NCBI GenBank assembly: GCA_965235115.1
Contig: OZ249443.1
Span: 6,882,001-6,946,000, forward strand
DNA from: Laetmonice hystrix
Lineage: Eukaryota
Length of the DNA: 64,000 nucleotides
Direction of reading: 5' to 3'
Part shown: piece by piece, positions 46,101-56,900 of the stretch
Layout of the letters: each line of letters opens with the position of its first letter
How positions within the stretch are numbered: the first letter of the stretch is position 1
Notes under the pieces: generated by a model
The model's database searches: none
Told to the model about the DNA's origin: nothing
What the model saw: only the letters and a program-made list of their open reading frames with translations
Program-made: the position numbers and the translations under genes

Positions 46101-47906
46101 TCACTTCTGTTACTGTTGCCGGGGTTCCCGTTGCCATCCGTCCCCGGTAGCAGGTCCCTTATTCCCCCCTGCACCCGGTGGCAGGTCCCCGCTCCATCTC
46201 GTCCCCACGGCTTCGCCTTGTCATGTTGCCATCAACTTGACAGATTAAAATGACACGGGGGATTGCGCAGGGAGATGTTAATAAATTACGGTTCTGAAGC
46301 TCACATGTCGAGGTGCCATGGATGGGCCAGCAACATGTCGAGTCATCATTTTCTTGTTTCAGCTCTTGCACATAGAGTGCAAAATGTCCATTAGAAAATC
46401 AGATTTCAAACCGGATTCTCACAGGTTGTATCAAATTGGACGTTTTCACAGGATTATGAATTCGCTTAATAAGCAGTCTAATTGATCAAGCCTGTCTCGT
46501 GAAGAAAGGCCGCAGCTCAGATTGGCTATCCGTATTCTTGTACAACGTTTATCAATGACAAATAAGTTCGGATGATAACAGGATGATCACGATCCCTATA
46601 TCTCTGCAGGTGGTGATGACAGAATAAAACGGCAGGCGCCTAGTTAAGGAAACGTGCAATCTCCTAATCCAAAGCATATCAGGCTTTGCTAATGTGTCCT
46701 ACTCCTTTAACAATAATCTACATGTCATTCAAATCCATTCAAATCAATAATCTATAAGTTACAAAATCCACACGAATAGAACCAAGTCGCATAGATGCCT
46801 TTGTTTGCTTGCAGCGTTCAAACCTTAAGTAAATTACGGCGTACGAGTATAGGAGGGCCTTGGGCTAGGAAAACTTCAAGAATGGTGGTTAAAGGTTTGT
46901 ATTCTGAGAAACACGCGGTAGAAATGGAACTGACCGCTACGATATACTTTCGACTCCGCTGTGTCCATTTGCCTGCCGAGATTAGCAGTCAGCACAGTTC
47001 CAGTCAACATCCCAATAGAGAAATAATTTGACACCAGGCATACCTGTCGGAGCCGGGTATACCCTGGCCATTTACTGACTAATCCCAAATAATCAGACCT
47101 TATTAAATCTGTCAGTCTGTTTTCCTCTACCTCCTCCTGGCTCGACGCTCATGCCACTCATCATCTGTTCGCGACACCTCATGAAGGTTCTTCATACGCT
47201 CTTCGTTTCTTCAAACGCTCTTCGTTTGCTAAACTTAACCCAGAAAGTGGACTATTCCACCATCGCTTCCAAACGCGTATCTGGGACACTGGTCGTGGAT
47301 CCCAAGTCGCCCGTCTTTGAAATCCATTAAAAATGACAGTGGGCAAACGAGGCAGTTTGAGCCATTTGTGCCGCGTCGTTCATCGTCATGGTAACCTGAG
47401 GAATAGGGGGCAATCTGGAGCAGACGAGCACGTTCCTGTTAGTTAATCACTCTGTCGCTCGACACGTGACCTGGCCGGCGGATGGCGACCCCATGTCGCT
47501 GATGTTCGCTTACAAAACGATCTCCGCCAAAGAAGACGACATTCTGTGAACGGATTTTAACAAAGCCCGCCTGGGGCTGGAGGACGCACAGTTAGACCCC
47601 CCCCCCCCCCCCGCCCCCCGCGCGGCGGCGCTAAAGCCCAGACGTTGAACGCGAAGACTCGCAAAAGAAATGGCGCAACTTCAAAAAGTCTACATTCTTG
47701 GAAAAACAAAGCAGCACTCTTGTTTGGCCTTTAATGCTCAATCATTGTCATCTTACCTGAAGGCTCTTACAGTCGACCGAACAGGCATGGCACGTGAACT
47801 TCTGAGCGCTGTCCCTGTCCTTACCCCCACTGGACGCCGAACCTACTGACGTTACTGACGTCACCGAATCACGTCGCGGTTGTGGCTCCGCCTCGTGGCG
47901 TTTTGC
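21419..47906 (-). CDS. CIZ1: CIZ1-like matrin/U1-type zinc-finger nuclear-matrix protein, 5'-partial (692 aa recovered)
   Basis: Phase-compatible exons 47757-47906, 43111-43250, 32553-32628, 27842-27943, 25408-25551, 24267-24470, 23687-24059, 23405-23526, 21419-22186 (2079 nt = 692 aa + stop). Motif order matches vertebrate CIZ1 as recalled: ZF1 FTCHACSVDCKSLQHFESHMRSTRH; ZF2 HCRICDKKFVGSFITHRRGQEH; ZF3 RPRCMLCSMSFRSPKTFVAHCKTDAH; acidic ELVTVDATG; then PDYDSETAVGQGYVIQVSGFFCRLCREFFHN...HCQTRPH (matrin finger). No start codon exon was found. Confidence 0.8.
22831..22945. mobile_element. 115-bp hairpin MITE-like element with a telomere-like internal motif
   Basis: Arms tagtccgacagcccaatagc (22831-22850) and gctatcggactgtcggacta (22926-22945) are 18/20 complementary; the interior contains aaacctaaccttaac. 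Confidence 0.6.
23405..23526 (-). CDS. CIZ1: CIZ1-like C-terminal matrin-type zinc finger exon (QGYVIQVSGFFCRLCREFFHNEYAACVSHCQTRPHYNRYA)
   Basis: 122 nt, atttcag| acceptor, GCA|gtaagt donor; GFxCxxC...HC...H matrin signature. Confidence 0.9.
23687..24059 (-). CDS. CIZ1: CIZ1-like (S/T)PxK-repeat exon ending in PDYDSETAV-G
   Basis: 373 nt, cccacag| acceptor, G|gtgagt donor. Confidence 0.87.
23812..23889 (-). repeat. Coding 15-bp tandem repeat (AAGGTCACTCCGACC) encoding KVTPT/KVTPN x5
   Basis: ggagtgacc recurs at 23812, 23827, 23842, 23857 and 23872. Confidence 0.92.
24267..24470 (-). CDS. CIZ1: CIZ1-like polyglutamine exon (PDVGEVEG...HQQQQMQQQQLQQEEEQQQQQQPPIR...ITIE)
   Basis: 204 nt, gttacag| acceptor, GAG|gtcagt donor; symmetric phase 0; CAG-rich open frame. 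The 3' boundary is less certain. Confidence 0.7.
24966..24986. promoter_or_regulatory. CTCF-like motif (TGGCCACTAGATGGCGC on minus) overlapping a perfect 14-bp palindrome CTAGTGGCCACTAG
   Basis: Sequence gcgccatctagtggccactag; strong match by eye to the CTCF consensus. Confidence 0.5.
25408..25551 (-). CDS. CIZ1: CIZ1-like acidic-domain exon (KKEELRKQ...DEDDDDAESFPDSFEELVTVDATGIYQDDGDE)
   Basis: 144 nt, ttatcag| acceptor, GAG|gtaagc donor; the TVDA motif resembles the CIZ1/matrin-family F(I/V)TVDAVG. Confidence 0.87.
26812..27593 (+). repeat. Intronic minisatellite, 39-bp unit GGTCAGAATGATGCTGAGAGTTAGCTGTTTCATAACCAA x about 20
   Basis: Direct reading; it explains the 13-aa periodic pseudo-ORFs 26747-27652 and 26773-27624. 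Confidence 0.97.
27842..27943 (-). CDS. CIZ1: CIZ1-like exon, ZF3 (HNKLTERPRCMLCSMSFRSPKTFVAHCKTDAHKQ)
   Basis: 102 nt, tctcacag| acceptor, CAG|gtttgt donor. Confidence 0.88.
32553..32628 (-). CDS. CIZ1: CIZ1-like exon, ZF2 (EDHCRICDKKFVGSFITHRRGQEHR)
   Basis: 76 nt, ttttcag| acceptor, CGA|gtaagt donor. Confidence 0.88.
35022..36189 (+). repeat. Intronic tandem repeat, 76-bp unit (74-bp variants) x about 15
   Basis: ccatcaccgacc recurs at 35101, 35177 and onward; unit CCATCACCGACCATCCCCTAACTGCTGCCACAACCCACAACACTGTGATACACATCAACTTGACTGACTACAAGTA. Confidence 0.97.
36570..37110. other. Assembly gap (541 N)
   Basis: Run of N. Confidence 1.
38216..38604 (+). repeat. Intronic minisatellite, 22-bp unit GAGATGGTGGCTGAGAAACCGA x about 17
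   Basis: Direct reading; it explains the three SLGFSATISRFLSHHLSVSQPP pseudo-ORFs. Confidence 0.96.
43111..43250 (-). CDS. CIZ1: CIZ1-like exon, second half of ZF1 plus helix (HFESHMRSTRHQARMDSIRNLHLQRTDQQLARMRAEEHLRRIEGRD-K)
   Basis: 140 nt, ttgcag| acceptor, AA|gtaggt donor; supplies the two His ligands of ZF1. This frame is not in the ORF track. Confidence 0.88.
47757..47906 (-). CDS. CIZ1: CIZ1-like exon, first half of ZF1 (AKRHEAEP...KFTCHACSVDCKSLQ)
   Basis: 150 nt, gtttcag| acceptor, CAG|gtaaga donor. Confidence 0.85.
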
Positions 47907-50900
47907 CTGAAACACACAGCAATAGCAATAACGTAAATGCCAAGCAATAAGACGCGTACAAATCTCCGTTAGGTACATAATCAATTAGGAAAATAAAACA
48001 GACGGGGAAACATTTTTTCATACAGATAGAATATATATATAGGCCTATATAGCAATAGATACAGAAATATATCTTTCAATAACGCCATCCACAAATCTGA
48101 AATAATAATGCAATTCGAACGGTAGATTAAAATGGCTGCTGAAAATATGGATTAAAAAAACGATGTCCAATAGATATTAAAGTTCTGACACTGACGAATT
48201 TCCATCATCATCACACACACTGCCTCAAATAATCTAACATGTGAAAGTGACCCACAACATTTCTCTCACACTCAGCTTGTCACCTTCCGTTCACGGCGCG
48301 CCTACTTGACAGGCACGTCGATTTGTATCGCTGACAAAAAGACACGTTGCTAATTAAGGATTGACATTTAATTTACGGGTCGTTCCAGGAGAGTGTAGAA
48401 GATGTCGAGAGCACCTGTCTCTGGGTAAAGTGTGCTCACGACTGGCGTCCTATAAAAGTATGTCATGTGTCTCCGTTTCCAGTCGAATGCCGACAGGACA
48501 GGCTGACCTTTGGGTATAGAGGGACAGGCCCTTTCTAGTCTGAGGGAAACATATTTGCGACAAATGGACCCCCGCTTATGTTAAATATAAGTATTAAACC
48601 AATAGCAATCAAGAGGAAGTATCATAGACCTAGGTTAATTTAGAGCGATTTGTCCTTGACACAGGGCAATGACCTCAAACACTGATCAAACCGGGGATTA
48701 TAACGGAGGCAGACAGAGTTGTGACCTTACAAATGTCATAATGTTTCTCGGAGAGAAATGATTGCCTTAAACTGATTAAAAGTTACGACCTATTTCCGAT
48801 GTTCATGGTCCTTCCTGTAAACCAGAATAAAGACTTCTGATGGTTTCAACTGACCAGTAGAGTACTCCTCTAACAGCTAACCTGACTACACCATTTGCCA
48901 CAAGAAGCACAGGAAGGATCGATTTGGACTCGGTCCCAGTGAAAAGACCATTTTGATCAATGCGACTCCCACCAGAACATGATCGAATCGAGCCCTGGTC
49001 CATTCGGGTGAAAGTCAATTAGATTAGGGCCGTATGGTGCGGGGCGGTGAAACGGCCTGGCACCAGGGACTGGACCTCTGCCAGGTGAGGTGTTCCCACC
49101 CTGCTCAGACAGCGAGCGTCGGGACTGGTGGTCGCTGTCCACTACAGTCACCTCAGGGGGTTGTGTGTGTGTGTGTGTGTGTAGTCAGTGGACTGGACTG
49201 GGTTTGGTCAGACTCTTGTCCAACAAGTAAAAGACCACTCTCACCGACTTCCAACCACTGCAGAAACGCCAAGTGAACACTAACACAAAATAACGCTCTG
49301 CTAATCTCCAGGTTAGAAGGTTAGAACAGTTAACATACGGCCTTTTTTAAACAGCCTCGACCCGTCGTAATATCACCCACCTGAACTTTACTGACCCCTA
49401 AAAACTAATATCGTGATTGATTACATACACAAGGTAAGTTGAGACATCAGTGTCTCCTACATTAGTCATCATGATAAAAGGATATAATAAAACAGTAATT
49501 CATATTGAGATATTATTACATGCACTTCTTTAGCGTGTTTGCTATATATTGACTGGCATTATACGTATATATAAGTGGCATATATTATAATATACCTAAC
49601 AGCATTGGGAAAACTATAGATGATCACACCACGTCCATACCCCTCCCTTTAGGGCTTTCCGTTGCATTTTTGACTTAACATACTGCTCTGGGCAGACTAA
49701 ATAGTTGCCCGTTTTGAGTCCACGGTTTTACTTGTAAGTAGTATATGGAATTGTAGGTAAAGGAGCAGGTGCTGCCATCGCCCCATGACAACATCGCTGG
49801 CACATAAAACGATCGGCTCACCGATTCTCGATGATCTGCCGGTACGAGCCTGTTCTGACACAGAGCAGACCTCGCCGTGTTTGTCCCTGGCTCCCTCTGG
49901 TGGCAGTCTCCCAATACTAACCGACGCTAATGACCACGTGACCTTCCTACAGCGCCCTCTTGTGTTTATCGACACGTCAGCATGAACACGTCACCCGTCG
50001 ATGTTCTGTTATGTGTGTGCCTACTCCTACATGTCGTTTGTCTGCTCACTCGGAAAGAATATGGGGGGGGGGGGGGTTAGGTAGGGGGTGGTAGGGGCAG
50101 GGTATGACAGGCGTCTCCGTGCAGTATGCCTAGGCACACAACTACATCGACCGGCCGCTCGCCATGTCCCATTTGTCTATCATCTCGCGCGCCCGGATGT
50201 CGTGTTTACGGTGCCATGTTAGGCGGGTAACATGTACCAGCCGCTGTCCTGGGCCATGTCATGGGAACCGACACCTGCCCCCCCCCCCCACCCCTCCTTG
50301 TTTACCCTCCTGTACCCTCACGCCGCCCCCTGTATTGGCCATCATGTCAGCCGCGCCCTTGTACTGACTGACAAGCGTCACATCAGAGGGTATGCTGTAA
50401 CATGGCATGGCTCAACGCTCCTGACACTGAACGTTACACCACTGATCACAATATCCAGACATCGTTTAGAATACAGAAGTTTACATTGATAGGCATTACG
50501 ATTTCTTTTACAAGGACAATAGCCTCGCTTAAAGCCGTTCCTATACACGTGGTCACTGAGTCATAGCTACAGAAATACGTAATACGGTTAGAAACTTTCT
50601 GACTCTGTCTCCTGCATGTGTTGTGGGAAGCTGTGCTAATGATTCCGTATGACGTTTTGGCGGTAACATTTGATTATCGCGCGGTTAGCTTTAAATGTCT
50701 GTAGGTAGAAGAAATGTGTGTATATGCCATCCAATAATCCGATATCTGGGATTACGTGCCACCGTCTGATCCATTGGGTGGGTGAGTTATAAACGTCCAT
50801 ATCCTATACCAACAGTCGCCTCCCTGATATAGACATAACCTCTGGTGGCTACTCTACACCATGCCAGCGCAAACCTCGCTGTTTGTGGTAGACGGCCAAA

Positions 50901-53900
50901 CGATGGTAGTTCAATACACCTCACACGGAACACTACCTCCGTGTGGGCTCTGTGAGAGAAACCTCCAACCATACCTGACATGTAAAACGGTTTGTGTCAC
51001 AGTTTAACTGTCCCAGACAATAGGTATGTGTTAGCACGGCGGAGGATGGTGACAGGGTGTATGTACACTGTCAGTTTGTCACCACAACGGCTGCTGTCAA
51101 CCGACTGTCAGCCAGTGTCAAGATTGCAGGAGCGCAGACGAACGCTGCTGTTGACCGACCCGATGTGTTCCGACAATTGGATAACATACGATAGCCAGCA
51201 GAACCCGATCTGCCACGGGCAAGCACTTTCTGTAATCTACCGCTTGTCAAATATCGACGGACTCCAAAAGCGACAACAAAACCAAGCACACTCAATGAGA
51301 TCCATACAGGTCAACAAGTCTTTCTTGTCCATTCGGTGAATATCAGGTCATCAATTAATGGCATTCACCGAGTCCAATGGCATCTCCGAGGTCATAAACG
51401 TATCAGCTAAAATCAACGGGATTTTATGTAGCGCAAGGGCATATATTAAATGGTTGTGCGTCAGTTCCGGGCTGCCAGAGACAACCACAATAGGCCTACT
51501 TCAAGTCATCCCAGAGATACGTACCATCCCAACGAATTGTATTCCAATTAATCACTAGTAAACCCTGCATTCAAAATGTGCCAAGGGATATCCCTGAAAA
51601 TACATCAAGGTCGGATCTGCTCATGGAATCGGATGTTGAATTGAGAATATTGGACACGATGATAGATTGTTCAAGTATCAAATTTATAAATTTTCATTCT
51701 CTGAAGGTCTCAATAAATCTAACTGGACTCAGAGAACTGTCACGCGAACATACTAAGAATAATCAATATTTCGCTGAAATGGGAAAAGTAGTGAATCCTT
51801 CTGTGAGTATAATTCTGTATGAAGTTCTGCGAGTTATGTTTAAGTAGTATAACAAATGTAGGATACAGCCGCATGAAAATGTGGCGTATTCCAGGCGTGG
51901 GTTTTTGAATGCCATTTAAAGAAACACCAGAACTGACAGGAATTGCTGTCTGCACGGGCAGCTGCCTTCGACTGTTTTACTATAAAAGTCACCATGTAAC
52001 ACTGTGACTACAACTGGTATTCTTAAATAATCCACAAGAAAACTGCACGTAGGCGATTTCAACGATTTCAACTGAGTGCCTGGCTTGTTTGGCGCTTGCA
52101 CTAATCCTGACGATTAACTCAGATACTGAAAATTGCTACACCTGGGTCCTGCACAAATACCGCCGCTCAATGTATTTAATTCTACATTCGGGGTTCTATT
52201 TGAATACAGTCTGGTTCCCAAGTAATAACTCTCCTCCGTTTCCCACCTGCATTACGTCAAACTCTCATCGTGCAGACTGAACCCCATTCACCATGACAGA
52301 GATTTGATATTATCATCCCAGGTTGGGCATCTCTCCGTCCTACAGATATAGGACAATCAGATCAGATCGACTGTACTGCCAAACCTGAACACTGGAGGGA
52401 ATCTAACAATGTGCCGTCTCCGTCCTTGACTGACATTTTGTGTTAAGACGACTCGCCCGCCAACAGATCCACCAGGGATCATCTTCTCCACACTCTGCTC
52501 CATTATTCACTGATCGTATCGTCATACATAATAAGTACGACCACAGTAACTGGAGGACCTCCCCTTCCTACCCGTCCCACAACTCCCGCTCACCAATCCC
52601 ACTTTTGTTTGGTCGTGGCTTGCGACTATCAATCTCAACCCGGGAAGACACCCCTCCCCTTCCTCCTCCTCCTCCCCACACAACGCTCTTCCATAACCAC
52701 AGTCCGCCAAGGATCTAAACTTTCCCCATCAATCACCACAGCAGGCACCACTGTGCTGAGATGATCCTATACCGATGTCCCCACCGACCCCCCTCGGCTA
52801 CACCCAGCGCCGTCTGGCGCCAGATCCACCAACCAATCTCCTGTGTATCTCACAAAAGGAAGCAATCATCTTGCTGATGGAGTCTGTGAGTCGGGCTCAG
52901 ATGACGAGGTGACAGTCGTCCCCGGTCGGCGGACGGTGACCGGTGACAGCCTCACGGAAAGGCGTCCCTGACAAAACAGCAGACACTGCAGGTGACATGT
53001 CAATTCACTTTGTCCACTTCCTATCTGGTAGCTGGCACTTCGCTTTGTTAATGACGTCAAGGCAAATGCAAGAATGTCAAATGACAAAAAAATGTAACAG
53101 GATGATATATAAACGGACAGTTTTGGTAATTTTATCTCCGGGATTAGGTAACGCCGAAAGCTTATGGGGCTTAAAGCCACAATGGGAGTATATATAGACG
53201 AGATACGATACCTTTCACCCATAGCTATGCGGTGTATTTATAAATATGATGATCATGCACTCGCCTATATGTGAGAATAATGAAATAGTAGGACTCCGAT
53301 TTAGGACTGCCGTTGACCCGCATTCCTCGGACTTGAATTAATAGATAAATATTTCTTTATCATCCTATCCCTAATCCTTACCATAACCCTAATCCATTTG
53401 TATTTTCTTAATTATACTGTCTTATACCACGAAGTTGATGACCACGAAGTTGAAATCCCCCCCCCCCCCCAAATCCAGCAGACTTGCAGGAAACCTTGAT
53501 GACATTGTTCGATCACTGTTAAACGGGCCACAAGTCCTGTTTATGTTCATTTTTACAAGTCTGTGCCGTCCACCAACTCCTCCACATGAACTAATGACCT
53601 CTGCTGTGTCCTTGTTGACTCGATGCGTCTTCAAGAAGAAACGTATTCCATGGCATCTATCACTGTACTTGTACATGCAGCCCTCGTCCCGCCAACTGGC
53701 TTTCTCATCCAATAACGAAACTAATACCCTCATTGCATGCATGCGCGGCGGGCGGGAATGCCTCATGTGCATGCGTTCCCACACCTGCCAAGCACGTCAT
53801 TCAGTGGCTGCCAGACCACCACCGTACATTCATCAGCGGCTTGCATGTCAACCCCCACCTCTCCTCCTTACCCACACCCCTCTCCAGCCCAGGGGAGGTC

Positions 53901-56900
53901 GTCCCCCCCCTTACCCACACCCCAGAAATGAGCACTCCCGAGTCGAGGCGTTGCTCATTTTCCTATTCAACCCATCACCTGACGACCTGTTGACCCCCGT
54001 CACCGATGTACCTGGCTTGGTGTTGACTTTACATCTACCAATGGCAAAGCTACACAGTATATAGCTTTGGCGCTCGCAAACTCAGCTACAAAACAAAAAC
54101 AAACAAAAAACAGAAATACACAGAGCTACACTGCGGTATGTTGTTGTGGTTGGAGTCTCCCTCGAGGTGTCTGAGTCAACTGGCTGTGTACCGACAGTAT
54201 GTCTGAGTTATCATCACGAGTAACGCGTGGAATGACGACAGACGCTATTTGTGTACATCTGCTGAAATAACACGTCACGAGGTGGCTGGCTACATCAACT
54301 CAATCATGCTTTCCAAATGATCGTCCTCCAGGCCTAGGGCACCGCCCCCGTCCTCCATGATGAACTCAGGTATTGGAGTATCCGGCAGAATCAGGTACTG
54401 AAATTTTAGTAACGTTGTACATATCTAAGGTGACCTAGGTGCTGCCCCACCATTAGGAAAATCCCCATTTTGATTCAGAACGCCCCCCGTTGTGATTTCC
54501 GTTAAAGACACCGATCTGATGATCGGAACACGACACCTGCCCTTCCAGCTACATTCACATTGTAATCAGTATCAAATGACTGTGTGACAAATTTAATGAC
54601 GCTCTCACCTACGTCAGGTTTATGTATCCGGGATGTGGCACAATGACTCGGCGTCCATGTCAATTAGGGTAACCAGCCAGCAGGTTGGTGTGCTGAGTGA
54701 CTATGGTAATTGGAATAGCAGGCTGAAATGTTACTTCTAATTGAGATAATTACTGCCAGAAGCTACAAGTTTGTTTCTATTAGAACGTCTGTTACATAGA
54801 ATGGAAACTAAATACTTGCTCCAACCACTGTCCCTATTAATTAGGCCACCATCTAACACGTTGCTTGGGTCTTTGTCCACGTATAATTCGATTAATTGGG
54901 GTAACAGCTGCTGCTTCTCTTATAAAAGTGAGATGTCAGTGAGATAAATATAGAAGTAAAGCTCTCTATCAGTGTCCATGTCAATGGGTTAGTAATTACA
55001 AAGTAACTCTATCAGTGCCCATGTTAATGCGATAATTATTATAATTTAACTACCAATCAACGTCTAGGTCCACAGGATAATGTTCATAACTCTCTTATCG
55101 CTTCCTCTTCTCAAACAGAAATGGCTTTTGACCGGTCTAAATGATACTCCTAATAGAGTCGAAACATAACTGTATATCAAATAGAGATTTTATCATGGGA
55201 ATGCCAAAATAAAACCGAGAACTACGCATTAGTTTTAATGAGTGTAACATCTGCGCTAAGGCTTCTAACTAAACCCTCAGTTTTAATTAGTGTAACAGCT
55301 AGAGCCCTGTGCTATTTTTAGAACCAAAAGTCCAGTTGTATTAATCAGCAATAAGATATGATTATCTATGTTATTTTTCTACCCATTTTATATGGAACGA
55401 AGCTTTGGAGAAATTATTTCTGAAGATAGTGATAGAACCCAGTGCCATGAATCATTTCAGTTTTGGTTAATTAACCACAATTAGTTAGCGTACTGAATGC
55501 TTGCTTTGGGAAAAAGACGTTCTGAACCGGACTTATTGGGCATGATTGTCAGATAAACTCAAAGATCCACCTGCCGAGCTTTTAGATCCATTACCATCTG
55601 ACAAAGACTTATAAACACTTTCAAAGCTTCCATCCACAGAACCAAAGCACAGATTAAGGACCTTTGCCTGAATAAGGACATAAAATGGAAAGCTCTGTTT
55701 CATGACGATATTCTGTGAAAACGTATTAGTTGTCAATCAAGAGCTGTGAAACTTCCGGCAGATTACGAACAAATGTGGTGTGCGGTGTCTGCTATCACTA
55801 ACAAAAACACAGGTCGACTTTGTGTTTCTATCTGCATTACCGTCGATTACTTCACGGAAACCCGGGGTATTACCAGAATAAACACTTTCTAAATTGAATT
55901 AATCTGTTTGATGGCATTACCAGCAAAAGTACGCTTTGAGCTTGAGTGAGACAGCAGAATCATTTCAAAATCCGTGATTTCCCTCTAGAAGTCTAGGAAT
56001 TTTATTTGTTCAGCGATAGTATCAATAGCAAATAGCAATATGGAACGTAGTCTCTTAAAAGAGGTGGCAGGCTGTCTCTGAGCTAGCCAGGCTGTTTCCT
56101 GGTATATGAGTAACATTATTTGGGATAGAATGACTCCATCTATTCGCCAGTAACCGAATGGTTGACTATTATTTTTCCAGTTATTCACCGACTCTGGCCG
56201 GCTGGGCCCGGTAAACCACCGTGTGCTATGAGTTGGCCTAATGGCCCACGTGTGGACAGGAGCCTTTATTGGCGCTCACCGCTCAGTGTGGCGGGCTGGG
56301 AGACGTATACTCCGACCAGGCCATCCGTTCTCGGGTCCTGCCAGCTGACACGCCCAACTCATTACCGTTACCAGCGCCGACAACGGACCGTTGGGGGGGG
56401 GGGGGGGGGGGGGTCAGCCGCCCTCCCCCGGGGCGCCAAACGGTATTACCTGTGGTCACCGGCCGTGCACTGACAACCCCACCGCCATTCATGCAATGAC
56501 CACCATTCAGCTTGACCACCACTCTGGCTTGACCACCATGCAGCTTGACCACGGGGAATCCTGCCACCACGACATCCTGACCATTTCCATAAGCTCCGTA
56601 TCCGATTTGGTATTTTTATTCAATTCTCCGTATCTGTCAATTACTCCCGTTCCTCTTCCATGAGGTAAACCTGTTCTTCATGGAATGTAATGAAGCGAAC
56701 TCGGCCTGCACAAGGCCATTGTGGCGGCTGTCCCCCGATGGCACGTCTCCAGCTGGACTGGCAGACCGCCAGCTGGACCCTGTGACGACAGTTGGAAACA
56801 ACAACCCTGAAGACATAATGACTAAGCCGTCCGTCCGGCTTACACCGACCAGCCAACTCACAGGGCTCCAGGCTCGGGTCTTAAAATAGGTAGAGCAATG

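Noticed and set aside
48957-49151. VTVVDSDHQSRRSLSEQGG... as an upstream CIZ1 exon (faint resemblance to CIZ1 KVTILQSSDSR)
   Set aside because: No good phase-0 donor before the stop, and the acceptor context is poor (CA microsatellite); kept only as a place to check in RNA-seq.
53435-54064. 209-aa plus-strand ORF
   Set aside because: Pro/low-complexity composition from poly-C tracts; no recognisable domain or splice structure.
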